Below, piece by piece: positions 40,401-58,654 of a DNA stretch of 64,000 nucleotides. The DNA is taken from assembly GCF_009914755.1 (NCBI RefSeq), contig NC_060933.1. One strand, written 5' to 3'. The DNA comes from the human T2T-CHM13v2.0 reference genome, Homo sapiens. The notes under the pieces are model-generated. The model ran no database searches. It was not told where the DNA came from and saw only the letters and a program-made list of their open reading frames with translations. The stretch's first letter is position 1. Every line of letters starts with the position of its first letter. The translations under genes were made by a program, and so were the position numbers.

Positions 40401-43205
40401 AGTTGAATGCAAACATCGCAAAGAAGTTTCTGAGAATGCTTCTGTCTAGTTTTTATGTGAAGTTATTTCCTTTTCTACCATTGGCCTCAAAGCGCTGCAA
40501 ATGTCCACTTGCAGATTCTACAAAAAAGTATTTCAAACCTGCTCTATCAAAAGAAAGGTTCAACTCTCTGAGTTGAATGCACACATCACAAAGAAGTTTC
40601 CGAGAATTCTTCTTTCTGGTTTTTATCTAAAAATATTTCCATTTCCACCGTAGGCCTAAGAGCGATCCAAATGTCCACTTGCAGATTATACAAAAACAGT
40701 GTCTCAAAACTGCTCTATCGAAAAGAAGGTTCAACTCTGTGAATTGAATGCACACATCACAAAGAAGTTTCTGAGAATGCTTCTGTCTAGTGTTTATGTG
40801 AAGGTATTCCCGTTTCCACCGAAGACCTCAAAGCACTCCAAATATCCACTTGCAGATTCTACAAAAAGAGTGTTTCAAAACTGTTCTGTCAAGAGCAATG
40901 GTGAACTCCATGAGTTGAATGCACAAATCACAAAGAAGTTTCTGAGAATGCTTCTGTCTAGTTTTTGTGTGATGATATTTCCTTTTCCAACATAGGCCTC
41001 AGAGCAGTCCAAGTATCCACTTGCAGATTCTACAAAAAGAGTGCTGCAAAACTGCTCTGACTAAAGGAATGTTGAACTCTTTGAGTTGAATGCACACATC
41101 ACAAAGTAGTTTCTGTGAATGCTTCTATCTAGTTTCTGTATGAACATATTTCCTTTTCTACCATAGGTCTCAAAGCGCTCCAAATATCCACCTGCAGATT
41201 CTACAAAAAGAGTGTTTCAAAACTGCTCTACCAAAAGGAAGTTTCAACTCTCTGAGTTTAATGCAGACAGCACAAAGAAGTTTCTCTGACTACTTCTGTG
41301 TTGTTTTTATTTAAAGATATTTCCTTTTCCAACACAGAGCGCAAAGGGCTCCAAATATCCACTTGCAGTTTCTTCAAAAGAGAGATTCTAAACTGCCCAA
41401 TCAAAAGATAGGTTCATCTTTGTGAGTTGAATGCATACATCACAAAGAAGTTTGTCTGAATGGTTCTGTGTAGTTTTATTTAAAGATAATTCCTTTTCCA
41501 CCATAGGGCACAAATGGCTCCAAATATCCACTTGTAGATTCTACAAAACCAGAGATTCAAAACTGCTCATTGAGAAGATAAGTTCAACTCAGTGATTTGA
41601 ATGTACACATCACGAAGAAGTTTCTTGGAATGTTTCTGTGCAGTTTTTATTGAAGATATTTCCTTTTCCACCATAGGGCGCATTGGGCTCCAAATATCCT
41701 CTTGCAGATGCTAGAAAAAGAGAAACTCTAAACTGCTCAATCAACAGATAGGTTCAACTCTGTGAGTTGAATGCCCACATCACAAAGAAGTTTCTCAGAA
41801 TGCTTCTGAGTAGTTTTTATGTGAAGATGTTTCCTTTTCCACAATAGGCGGCAAAGTTCTCCAAATATCCACTTGAAGATTCTACAAAAACGGTGTTTCA
41901 AAACTGCTCAATGAAAAGAAAGTTTCAACCCTGTGAGATGAATGCACACATCACAAAGAAGTTTCTCAGAATCCTTCTGTGTTGTTTTTATGAGAAGATA
42001 TTTCCTTACCACTGTGGGCCTCAGTGGGCTCCAAATATCCACTTCCATATTCTACAAAAAGAGTGTTTCAAAACTGCTCACTCATGAGATAAATTCATCC
42101 CTGTGAGATGAATTCACACGTCACGAAGTAGTTTCACAGAATGCTTCTGTTAATTTTTATGTGAGGATATTTGCTTTTCCACAGTAGTCCTCAAAGGGCT
42201 CCAAATATCCACCTGCAGATTCTGCAAAAAGAGAGATTCAAAACTGCTGAATCAAAAGATATTTTCAACTCTGTGAGTTGAATGCACACATCGCAAAGAA
42301 GTTTGTCTGAATGCTTCTGTGTAGTTTTTATTTGAAGATATTTCCTTTTCCACCACAGGCCCCAAACTGATCCAAATATCCACATGCAGATCCTTCAAAA
42401 GAAGTGTTTCAAAACTGTTCGATCAAAAGAAAGGTTCAATTCTGTGAGATGAATGCACACATCACAAAGAAGTTTCTCAGAAGGCATTTGTGTAGTTTTT
42501 ATGTGAAGATGTTTCCTTTTCCTCCATAGGCCTCAAATCGCTCCCAATGTCCACTTGCAGATTCTACAAAAAGAGTGTTTCAAAGCTGCTCAATCAAAAG
42601 AAATGTTCAGCTCTGTGAGATGAATGCACACATCACAAAGAAGTTTCTCAGAATGCTTCTGTCTAGTTTTTAAGAGAAGATATTTCCCTTTCCTCTAGAA
42701 TTCCCAAAGCCCTCCAACTTTGCAGATACTACAAAAAGAGTGTTTCAAAACTGCTCAATCAAAAGAATATTTCAACTCTGTGAGTTGAATGCACACATCA
42801 CAAAGAAGTTTCTCAGAATGTTTCTGTCTAGTTTTTATGTGAAGATATTTCCTTTTCCACCATAGGCCCCAAAGCACTCAAAATATCCACTTGCAGATTC
42901 TACAAAAACAGTGTTTCAGAACTGCTCAATCAAGAGAAACATTCAACTCTGTGAGATGAATGCATAGATGACAGAGGAGTTTCTCAGAATGCTTCTGTCT
43001 GGTTTTGATGTGAAGATATTTACTTTTCCACCATAGAATGTAAAGCACTCCAAATATCCACTTGCAGACACTACAAAAAGAGTATTTCAAAAGTGCTAAA
43101 TCAAAAGAAAAGTTCAACTCTGTGAGGTGAATGCACACATCACAAAGAAGTTTCTCAGAATGCTTCTTTCTTGTCTTTATGTGAAGATATTTCTTTTTCC
43201 ATTCA
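37465..43205. repeat. Alpha satellite, ~33 diverged 171-bp monomers (non-HOR)
   Basis: 171-bp periodic motifs ttcaactctgtgagttgaatgcacacatcacaaagaagtttctgagaatgcttctg and atatccacttgcagattctacaaaaagagtgtttcaaa. Confidence 0.98.
40125..40141 (-). promoter_or_regulatory. Canonical CENP-B box TTTCGTTGGAAACGGGA
   Basis: The + strand reads tcccgtttccaacgaaa. Core-matching boxes also occur at 38076-38092, 39954-39970 and 40808-40824. Confidence 0.9.
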
Positions 43206-43479
43206 GAACCTCGTAGCAGTGTTCTGTAATCCTGTGTGAGGGACAAACACTCAGAATCCAGCCACTGTGTACTGGAATCCTATCTGAGGGCACACATTTA
43301 AAATCCAGATGTAGTCTCCTTGCTTTAGTGAATACACTTATCTCCTTTTCCTGCTATACATTTAGGCAAATTATTTTTCTGTATCTTAAATAAATGGTAA
43401 ATACCTGAAATTTCTTACTTTTTCCAGGCACAGTGTCTTCACTATGTAGCTGTAGAAGTATAACTATTTTTGTCTGTGT

Positions 43480-44760
43480 CACAATTTTGTACTCAGGAAC
43501 CCTGGCCATGTCACTAGCCAAACGGACATAACTTATGGAATACATGGACAGCATCCGGTTGATATGCTCTAGAGAAAAATAGCAGCTACCATAGACTTCA
43601 GGAAAGACACATCGAGCCAATGACAAAAATGTGGGTTTCCTACCTTCAGGGAGTCTAAGAATGCAGTAGAAAGTGATGTGGAGAAAACATCTTTCAAATG
43701 GAAGGAAGGGATAGGGAAAGGAAGACTGTTAGAGGCTCTTTTGAATGTTAGAGGCAACATAAAACATATTTGGATGTGTATTCTAAATAAAATGCAAATG
43801 TCAAGAAGGATGTCAGCTGTGAGTGGGACTCAGAGAAAGAGAAACGTTTTGGACTACAGAGGCCTGCAGTACAAGTGGATCTACAATTTTGTTTAGGGAA
43901 TCCAATGCCTCAGGTATCTATGAGAGGCAGAATTTTCCTATGGAGCCAGCGGCAAGGCTCCAGAGGAGAAATACAGTACAAGCCACTTTATTTTGGAGTA
44001 AAAGCCTTTTGTACAAAAATTACCCGCCCCCTCCTTTTTTGAGAAACAATTTCACATTGGGATACTAATAAGAAGGAATGCTCAGTCATGAATAAGGGTG
44101 ACCCCGTTGTGATCTGAGCATTATAGGATCATAGTAACTACAACCAGTCTTCCATCATTCCATGGAAATTGCATGTATGCCACGTTGCCTTCTCAGTTTC
44201 CAAGGGACCAATTAATGAACAGGCTACTCACATTTTCAGCATCCTACTCCTGACACACTCCCACCCTTCTTTCTATTTATCTGTGATTCATAGAGATTTG
44301 CCTATGACTGGATTCCTGAGGAGAAAAAAGTCTGGATTACAGATGGCATTCCTTGTTATGGAAGGCCCTTCCTTCTGAAAGTCTATTTCTATCATGTTCT
44401 TTCCCTGTGCTGTCAAAGGGTCACCCCTTTGTACAAAGGAGAAGAGAAATCCATCAAGTAAATAAAATTTCATTTACCTTTGTAAAAAATATTTCTACCA
44501 ATTCACGTGGAGGACCTTATGGTTTGGTCCGATAATCAGAGATTTGAAAGAACCTGATATTGTTGGCCAGCAGATTAGAAAAGAGTTATTAGAGAGAGAT
44601 GGCTCAAGTGATAATAACTGTGTGCCTTGTGAATGCTCACCTAAACCAAAGATCACTGAAGATAATGTATTTTACCATAATGTTTTAATCTCAGGTAAAT
44701 GCCAATTAGGAGACAAACACTTGTTTATCTCCTGATTGGTATTGATCTGAATTAAACTGT
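43480..44760 (+). mobile_element. Highly decayed ERVL-class internal (pol RT/RNase H) remnant
   Basis: Collinear decayed motifs resembling ERVL pol: gagtgggactcagagaaagag (EWDSEKE, cf. EWGPEQE), gtctggattacagatggc (VWITDG, cf. WFTDG), gtgaatgctcac (VNAH). Confidence 0.5.
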
Positions 44761-44847
44761 CTGCCATTTGGAGAAATTTAAATGCTATTTTAAACACACA
44801 GTCTTGTTACTTGAGTTATTTATGATCTTAAGCGGCTCCCCTCCTTT

Positions 44848-45316
44848 TGTGGGTTAGATTGTGTCTTCAAAAAGAAAATATATATATTAGAGTTCTAGCC
44901 CCTGATGTCTGTGAGTATGACTTAATTTGAAATCAAATTATTTGCAGATGCTGTATAATTATGATATGCTAGATGAGCTCATAATGCATTAGAGTGGGCC
45001 ATAATTCAATATGGTTGATATCCTCATAAGAAGGGAAGAGGAAACAGAGACGCAGGGAGGAGATGGCCATGTGAGGATGGAGGTAGAGAATAAAGTGAGG
45101 TATCCTCCAGCCAAGCAATGACAATGAAGCTCAGTGATCACCCGGTGCTAGAAGAAGCAAGAAAGGATTTTTTTCCAGGTCATTCAGAGAAAAATGCAGC
45201 ACTGCTAACTCCTTCATTTAAGATTTCTAGCTTTCTGAACCGTAAAAGAATAACTTTATCTCATTTTAAGCGACCTAATGTGAACCACTTTGTCACAGCA
45301 GATATAGGAAATTACA
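44848..45316 (+). mobile_element. MaLR LTR (MLT1-like)
   Basis: tgtgggttagattgtgtc...atttgcagatg...agatggccatgtgag...tttgtcacagcag...ggaaattaca. Confidence 0.8.
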
Positions 45317-45324
45317 CCTCCTTA

Positions 45325-45410
45325 AAGAATGCAGAATCCTGGCCCGTGCTTGCCTCATACCTATTGAATGAGAATCTAAGGGCTCTAGAATCTGCATTTT
45401 GAAACTAATA
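45325..45410. mobile_element. MER5-like fragment
   Basis: aatgcagaatcctgg...tgaatgagaatct...gaatctgcatttt with inverted termini. Confidence 0.55.
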
Positions 45411-45429
45411 CATAATACGCAAAGAGAAC

Positions 45430-45640
45430 TCACTAAGTACTCTACATGCACTTCATCCTCACAAGCCATGAAGTAGTTTACTATTATAATTCTCATTTTA
45501 CATATGGGAAACTGGAGCATTAAAAGATTAAGTAATTTGCCTACAGTCACTCACATAACCAGAAAGTGGAAGAGCTGGGATTCAATCCCAGTTCCAGACA
45601 TCCTGATATCCTGGGTTCAGACACCACACACTTAGCAACT
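45430..45640 (-). mobile_element. MIR
   Basis: tctcattttacatatgggaaactggag...ttaagtaatttgcc...agctgggattcaatccca. Confidence 0.8.
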
Positions 45641-45653
45641 ATTACACACTTAG

Positions 45654-45684
<31 letters not shown>

Positions 45685-45779
45685 TTAATCACCATCTCCA
45701 CCTTCTTAAGCACTCAAAAGTTGAAATCCAGTGGTGTGTTGCTGTTTCCATTCATAGCAAGTTATAGCCAAAATCATAA

Positions 45780-46153
<374 letters not shown>

Positions 46154-46369
46154 TCTTTCACCCATTGAAATCTCATTTCAACAATTACCATCTTTTTTGA
46201 GTGGTATTTTTGAAGTTATAAATGAATTCCCTATAATACATAGTGAGAATATTTATGGGAGCTTCCTAGTTGACTTTCTAAACATTCTGCATTGCTTCTC
46301 ATTTCCTTCTTTAAATTTCCTTCTACCTTGACTTCCTTAAGACCACTCAATGTTGGCCCCATGCTTTCA

Positions 46370-46707
<338 letters not shown>

Positions 46708-49679
46708 TAATAACTCCTTGCTGCCTAGTTTTTTCATGTCCACTGTGTAACTACTAGTCTTAATGGGTATTTCTTTTCTTACTATTCTGCACCAATGTTT
46801 CCCTGATTGACAGTAGTTTTCCTGAAATGTATTCTTGGAATGGAATTGTATGATACGCTTAGAAAATTCTGCATACCTTATACTTCAGAATGTGTATGTA
46901 AAAGACTCCAGTAAATGATCCAGGGAAGCAAAAATATTTGTGTGTTTTGCGAGTTGTATTCATATGTGTATAAAATTCCCACAGCACTTTGGGTAACAAT
47001 GCTCTGCACACTTTTCCTGTGCTCCTTTTATCCATTCCCACACTTCCAGCATTTCCTTTGACGTTTGATTTTCTTTATTTTTTTTTACTCCAATATTTTC
47101 CTGTAGGTTTCAAACCTATATTTTAAAATATCAACTGATTCTCCCCCTCTGTCTTCACCACCTGCATCTCAAATTTGACATAGCCATAAACACATTTTAT
47201 ATTTTGGCAAATAAATCTATTTCTTTTAAAGCATTGCCCATCTCAGCTAATGATGATAATATCAAGCCAGTCGCCAAGAAAATTTAGAGTATTTATACCT
47301 TGACTCTTCCTTCTAAATGAATTATTAAGTTCAGCTGTTTCTACCTTGAATTACCTTTCTATTCTGCCATTTCTCTTCTGTGTTGCTGCTAATGTTTTAA
47401 TTTAGTCATTCATCACATCATGCCTGTACTGCTGGAATAATCTTGACTATTCTTTCTGACTTTTTCTTCTAACTGCATCTCAAAAACTTCTATCTAGAAT
47501 GAAAATAAGTATATATATATACTATATATACATATATACATATACACTATATGTATGTATATAGTATAAGTATAGACATTCTATATACTATATATACTAT
47601 ATATTTATATACACACACACCCACTATGCTTTTAAAAATTGTTTACTTATGTCCCATCATTGAAGGGTAAAATACAAAATCACTGATATTGAGAGACATT
47701 CTCCTCAATCATTTAACATTTTCCTTCACAAACCTGTGCTGTAGCCACACCCAGAACAGGTTATCTTCCTTCAAAGACACACACACTTTTCTATCACTCT
47801 CCTTTTACTCCTTCTATTCCATCTGCTTAGACCATTTTTTACTTGTTTTCTGTCTATCTCCATTCATTTTTCAGGATCCAATTAAAATATTGATACAAAG
47901 GCTGAGATCTTTATAACTTCTCTTATTTAAATTCCTGGAGCACCAGATAACTTCCTCTATTATAATTCTTACTGTATACAACCATAACTCTCATTTGAAA
48001 GCAATGTACATAATTATAAAATCAGATGTATCATAAAATGATTGGTATCAATATGTGAAAAAAAATCTTTAATGTTGAAAGTACAAGATTACAAGCCATC
48101 TGAAAGTAACTGATCATCAATCAGAGAAAAATGCTCATCATTTTTTGATGAAACCAAAAGTAAGAGAATTTGGTATTAATCTACTACATCATTGGTAAGT
48201 TACATATTAATTATTGTGAGAAAGAAATAATTGACGGAATTTAAAGAAAATCGGTTTTCCTTTATTTTTATTATTCTACCTAAAAGTATTATATCTAATT
48301 AAAATCATGATTTTAAAATTATCCCATCAAGTATGTCATCACACTAAAATCCATTGTATTTAATTTCTCAACTGAGCAATTGTATTCAATTGTATTCAAT
48401 TTCTCTACTGAAAAATTAATATAAAAGCAATCACATAGCATTCAGAAATTAATAAATATTTAAAGAAATTAAACAGCATTAGATTTTCTTGTAAAATTTT
48501 TTTCTTCTCTCAGTATGGCTTATGTCTCTGCTTCTATTGAACATAGCACAATTCAAGTATTAATACAGCACCTTTATAAAAGTTGTGAATCTCAGAAATG
48601 AACAAGCTTACCTCCCTAGTTATTTATTAAAAGTTACAAGTCACTTTTTTTTAACTTCCTAATAATCTTAGAGGGGTATATTTTGTGTTTTTGTTTGCTA
48701 TATCTTTCATAAAGAAGATCCCTAATGATTTGAAAGTTAGAACCAATTTTCTGAAGGATTGAGCCACGCTCCTTGAAGTTGTGTGTTTGTGGGTGGCACA
48801 CTATGTCTTTTGCAGACCCGGAACCTACCCCTTGGTCTAGAACATATTTTCCTCCACCTGCCTTTTAAGTTTTTATTTCAGCAGGAGTGGGTGGTTTGTG
48901 GTTGACCGAAAATAGAACGGGCTACAAAAGCCCTTCCTGTTTGATATTGAATCTGCTATTTGAGTCACCCTTACATTATGAACTGACTGTTAATTAACAC
49001 ATTTGGTAAGAGAATATCCTGATCTGCTTTGCGTGTGAGGCTCTCCCAGTAATAAACAAAGAAGCATAATCAAACAAGATTTTAATTTCTCTATGTCCTG
49101 TTAGAAATTCAGATATAATTCAAGTCATCTTGGAAATTTTAAGTTGCATTCTGATGTCGTCTCTGTTCTGGCCATTGTGCAATGGGCCTTCAAATGTTGT
49201 AGTAGAGGCCAACTGATATTCCATTGTTATTCATTTATACACAGGTACATATATGGTGTGTGTATGCAAATATATAAATATTCATATATGTGTACATGTG
49301 TACATACATACATATGGAGGTAATACAAGTTTGCATTGTTTTTAAAATTTTTTACCCAAATTAACAATGACTCTATTGCATATCTTTATTGGTTATATCA
49401 CATTTATATAAATAAATTTATATCAGTGACAATTTCCAAGTAAGTGAAATTTGAATTGGATTCAGGGTTTTATTTTTTTGAAATTTCTGATTAAAATTAC
49501 TTGATTTTTTAAATTTTATCTTAAAATATTCAAGTCCCATTTGTAAAAAAAAAAAAATAGAGGATGAAAATGAAGTGTGTCTTTATGAGTCACAAATTTT
49601 TATTTTACTTTACTAATTGTTAAAATAATATTTTTTCCATGAGCATTTTATAATGCCCTCTTTATTTTTTTGGTGATGT

Positions 49680-53132
<3,453 letters not shown>

Positions 53133-53748
53133 AGTGGGATATTTGATCCATAGGTTTATATCTAAGCACATGAATAGAATGTGTTTGGGCCTGGTTTTTT
53201 AGTCTTGCTGGTCAGTAACTAGTTTGACAAGAGAGACTAGCACACTGATCCCAAAAGAACTAGGCCAAGAGCAGATAGTATTTGTGGAAACTTGAGCCTC
53301 TTATTAGCTCCTTAAAAGACGTACTTTTCTAGACTTCTTTGGAGCCTGGGATTCTAGTACTGGTGAGTTTCCACCGGCAGCAGACTCCCTGAAGATTTGC
53401 TAGCCCTCTGCAGGGTTGGCAGGCCACTACCACATTTAATTGGCTCCTAGGGTATGTTCCACACCAGACTTCCCATTGTGGGAAGGCCAAGAGAACTGAA
53501 GACACAGTCTCTACTCTGGAGGTGGGGAAGTGGGGGAGGTGGTAATTTAATTAACAGTAGGTGGTGGGTGAGGCGACTTGGTAAGGTAAGAGGACACACA
53601 AAGGAAGTAACTGCAGTAAACCTTAGCTGGCAGCACAAGTGAGGAGGTGTGCTTGAAAGAGAAATGGAGTGTCTGGAGGTGGGTGAGTATATTCTGGTAG
53701 GTGTGACAAAGGCACTGTTCCTCCAACACCAGTCCTGGGAAAGGCATA

Positions 53749-54117
53749 TGATATGGTTTGGTGCTGTGTCCCCAGCCAAATCTCATGATGAATTATGAGC
53801 TTCAGTGTTGGAGGAGGGGCCTGGTGGGAGGTGACTGGATCATGGGGGTGAATTTCCCCCTTGTTGTTCTCGTGCTAGTGAGTTCTGAGATCTGGTTGTT
53901 TAAAAGTGTGTGGCACTGCCCCTTCACTCTCTCTCCTGCCGCCATGTGAATATGTACTTGCTTCCCCTTTGCCTTCCCCATGATTGTAAGTTTCCTGAGG
54001 CCTCCCCAGCCATGCCTCTTGTATAGCCTGCAAAACTGAGTCAATTAAACCTTGTTTCTTTATAAACTATCCACTCTCAAGTAGTTCTTTACAGCAGTGT
54101 GAGAACAGACTAATACA
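53749..54117 (+). mobile_element. MaLR solo LTR (MSTA-like)
   Basis: tgatatggtttgg...aagtttcctgaggcctccccagccatgc...gagaacagactaataca, with TG...CA ends. Confidence 0.9.
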
Positions 54118-54642
54118 ACATGGGATCCCAAGTAACTATGCATTCAGAGAAGAAACACAGGTATGTTTGGGAACTGGATGATGGAAGGTACAGGGAAGCA
54201 CTGTAGGTAACTTTCATGGGTCCTACACTCTACAACATATTCTTGGGGTTGGAATGAGTCAAACAGGAGACTGATGTCCAGGATGGAATTGGCTGTTTAT
54301 GTTCCCAGGTGTAGGTCTCTTCCTTAACAGATCACGGTAGCTTCATTACAAATGGCCTGGGAAGCGTACTTAATGCAGAAACCCCAGCAAATTCTTACAG
54401 GGGTTAGTCATGCAGTTATACATTTTCATTCTGGGATTTCTAGGGGCTTAATAAAATTCCTTCATTGGATCATTTAATCCAACATAAATTATTTCCCTAC
54501 ACCTACTTTATACTTGCTCCCTGATTTCATACCAGTGAGTATAGCCTGATGTAACTAAACATTCTGAATTTTCAGTGATACCCAGAGAAGAGTGTGATAA
54601 CCAATTCTCTCAAAAGCGATTTACTGCAAATATTTTCATTTA

Positions 54643-54843
54643 CAGTAAGTCCTTACTTAACATTGTGGATATGTTCTTGGAAACAGTGACTTTAAGCCAA
54701 ACGAGGTACTGTGTGGCTTCATAACTCAACTCTTTTTCCTATCAATTAGACTATGGGAAAACTGGTTTCATATGCATTATGTCCTTTTGCTTAAAGTGGT
54801 AGTTTCCAAGAACCTATCAATGACATTAAGTGAGGACTTATTG
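54643..54843. mobile_element. TcMar-Tigger MITE (MER6-like)
   Basis: Long terminal inverted repeats cagtaagtccttacttaac...gttcttggaaac / gtttccaagaac...ttaagtgaggacttattg, with TA on both flanks. Confidence 0.8.
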
Positions 54844-54911
54844 TAATCTGATATCTGCGGGTGGATAATTTAAGGAACACATACATAGTTAAGCCTGTAA
54901 ACTGCTGCAAG

Positions 54912-55140
54912 TTCCAGATATTATCAGTTCTATTTCTCCACAATTACAATTCCAGTTTTGGGGTTTCTTTTTGCTCATTAAATTTGAAAAGCCAATTCCA
55001 GTTTTAAAGCTTGACCCTTTTCTTATAACTTTTTTTATAACTGATAATATATCAGTTATATCAGTTATATTTCTTAGGCTTCCCACGAAACCCTCAAACT
55101 GACTCTGAGGGTGGCCTTGCTATCTAATTTACAAAACCGG
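54912..55140 (+). repeat. Local direct duplication, copy 1
   Basis: Shares long identical blocks with 57873-58071 (offset ~2961 bp). Confidence 0.95.
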
Positions 55141-57286
55141 TTATTTTGGTTTGTGTTCATTTTATTTCCCTTGCATACATTGCTTAGCTGCTTCTGATTA
55201 TATGCCTCTTAGCCACGGCTGGATAGAAAAGTGTAATAAGAGAAAAGTGTAACTAAGAGACACAGAAGAAAGAGAAATTCCATGAGCACCAGATACTTTT
55301 ATGGGTGCCTTTTGGAAGCTCTAAATTGAGATGTATCTTTGTTGTCAATTTATGCTATGAATCCAAACGAAAAATGGGGGGAGAAAAACAAGTAGGCTGT
55401 AGATGAAAGTGGAAGAAGAAAAATGAGTCTATATATATATATATATATATATATATTAGCAGTTGTATGAAAGTATATGAGTCAATATTCCATCAATACC
55501 TAGAAAAATAGTAGATCAATATGCTGATTTTAGGGGTGGACACAAAAGTGTTATAAGCGTCTTTTAACTTTTCTTTTTTCCCTCCTTGACTCTGAAGAGA
55601 AACACCATTTTTCTACGTATGCAAAGAGTAAAAATTCAGAACTAACATGCAGGGATTAATAGCAGTGAATTGCAAACTCAACTCAGTGGTATAGTACCTG
55701 GCAACATTATTACTCAGCATATTTCCCTGGCTGAGGCTGATTTCATTTAAAGTAGTTTTATACTTGTGCTAAAAATAAGTGTACATCCCATTAAGGGAGA
55801 AAAGATCTTCTACACAATGGATTGGACCTACATAACCTTATGTACCAGAGAGGAAAACATCATTCTCATGAGTCGCAAAGCTTTCTTCCTCTTGTCAATA
55901 TGATAAACAGTTTCCAGAAATTGAGAATGACGCTGGTTACTTTCCTTCCTCCTGAACATGCCACACTGAAGAGACAGGGATGACTCCTTCCCTATGGGAC
56001 AGACACACATGTAGCTTTCCCTGGGTTGTGGAGGAAGGCATGGCCACAACACCATTGGCAGTCTGCTGCAGGGACCTCACGATGAGAGGAAGCAATGGAT
56101 GCCTGGGCCAGGGAAATGCATATTTGGGAGAAAGCAGGAAATTCTGATGTAGAGATAGGGAAGAACCCTGGGGAAAAGGACCCAAGCTGGGCGGGGAGGA
56201 GGAAACCACCAGGATCCCAGGATCAGAGACAAAGGACCCAGGGACACAAACAAAGTGAGGCCAGATGGAGAGGGCAGGCTCACGGGGAGAGCAAGCTCAC
56301 AGGGAGAGCATGAGCCAAACCTGGCTTATTTCACACTCATCAGAGAGACTGCACAGATGGGGCCAAACCAGGGCCCAGGAGCATCGGAGAGAGGAAGGCC
56401 ATTTCAAAGACTTTTGTAAAATAAGCTCAAAGTTTCTTTGTTTATTTGTGGGTGTGGGAGTGGAAACGTAGGGAAAGTGAAGAAAGTGGGGGAAAAGGGA
56501 TGGGTGATTTTGTAGGCAAGATGCTCCCTGAGGAGGTCCTGGTGGACCTGCTGTGGGGAGTGGCATTCTGCACACTCTCATATCATGGGGAGCGCATGAC
56601 TACATTACTGCTTACACATCTCCAAGTGCAGCTTGTGGGGTGAATGTTTAATTGTCTCACTGTAACTGTCTAAATCTCTGGAAAATGTGAAGGGTCATGC
56701 ATTTGATTTAAACCTATGAGGTCTGAATGAATTCTCCTCCATGCCTAACCGAGTGAAGCAAGTATATAACCAACCATGCATCCCTAAGCAGGGCCGGTAT
56801 GAAAGGGAGGAAACGCCTCCCCACTGAGCTCGCAAAGATCTTCATCACTGACCTGAATCAGATCCGGCAGGAAATGAAACACTGAGTACATACTTTTACA
56901 GTAGAGGGAGGGGGACGGAAAACAAAGTGAGCTGAACTGAAATGTGAGAAAGAACAGAATGGCAGTGAGTCCACGGGGCAGGGCCGCAGCTTTCTTTTTT
57001 CATGGCCCTCAGTCCAGTAACCCCACCCGGCATTCGTAGCGGGTGACATCACTGATGCCCAAACATGCTCCAGCAATTTCCTGCTTTCCAGAGTCCAGCC
57101 GAGCCATGATGTCAGTGGTGCACCTGGGTAAAGATATGGCAGGGCCGGGTCACAGGGAGTGGGGACAAAGGCCAACCCAGTTAAATAAACTGCTGGTCTT
57201 CTAGGGCCTGGTCCCTAGGCAGGCTTCCACCATGAGATAGGTATAGCCCAGGCCAATCCCAACAAGAGGAAAAAAAGCATGTACTT

Positions 57287-57776
<490 letters not shown>

Positions 57777-57872
57777 CTACAGTGCCAGGAGCCACCCTGC
57801 CCCCAGAGATGCCCTACAATCAATGACTACCATCTAAATGCTTCTGGATAGTTTCGTTCCTTGTAGATGATA

Positions 57873-58071
57873 TTCCAAATATTATAATTTGTACTTCTCC
57901 ACAATTACAATTCCAGTTTTGGGGTTTCTTTTTACTCATTAAATTTGAAAAGCCAATTCCAGTTTTAAAGCTTGACGCTTTTCTTAAAAGTTTAACTTCT
58001 CTTTTTATTCAGGCTTCCCACTAAACCCTCAAACTGACTCTGAGGGTGGCCTGGCTAATTTACAAAACCGG
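57873..58071 (+). repeat. Local direct duplication, copy 2
   Basis: ttctccacaattacaattccagttttggggtttc...aaaccctcaaactgactctgagggtggcc...ctaatttacaaaaccgg. Confidence 0.95.
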
Positions 58072-58349
58072 CCAGGCTGCCTAACCCCTAGATTCCAGCC
58101 CAGAGTGTTGCCATAAATTGCTGTCAAGACATGCCTCTATGTCCCATGTTTGCCAGTGAGAAAAGGGTTCATATTCTAAGTTCTTCAAGTCTCTCTCACT
58201 GCCTCAATGTGAAGTCAATGGAAAACAGTCAAATACACCAAAAATTAACTTCAAATGGATATCTGCTATGAATTCCAACTTGGTTGGACACCTCTCCAGG
58301 CCAACTGTTGTGAAAATGCATTGTTGCTTTAAAAAACACTGTGAGAGAT

Positions 58350-58654
<305 letters not shown>

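Noticed and set aside
37465-43205. Active centromeric HOR array, CRISPR-like array, or coding ORFs
   Set aside because: Monomers are mutually diverged with no exact multimer repeat and no unique spacers; the block is only 5.7 kb and the ORFs are satellite translations.
55828-57175. Possible minus-strand exons of another gene fragment
   Set aside because: Some acceptor-like sites and CpGs are present, but I recognise no protein similarity; a BLAST search is needed.
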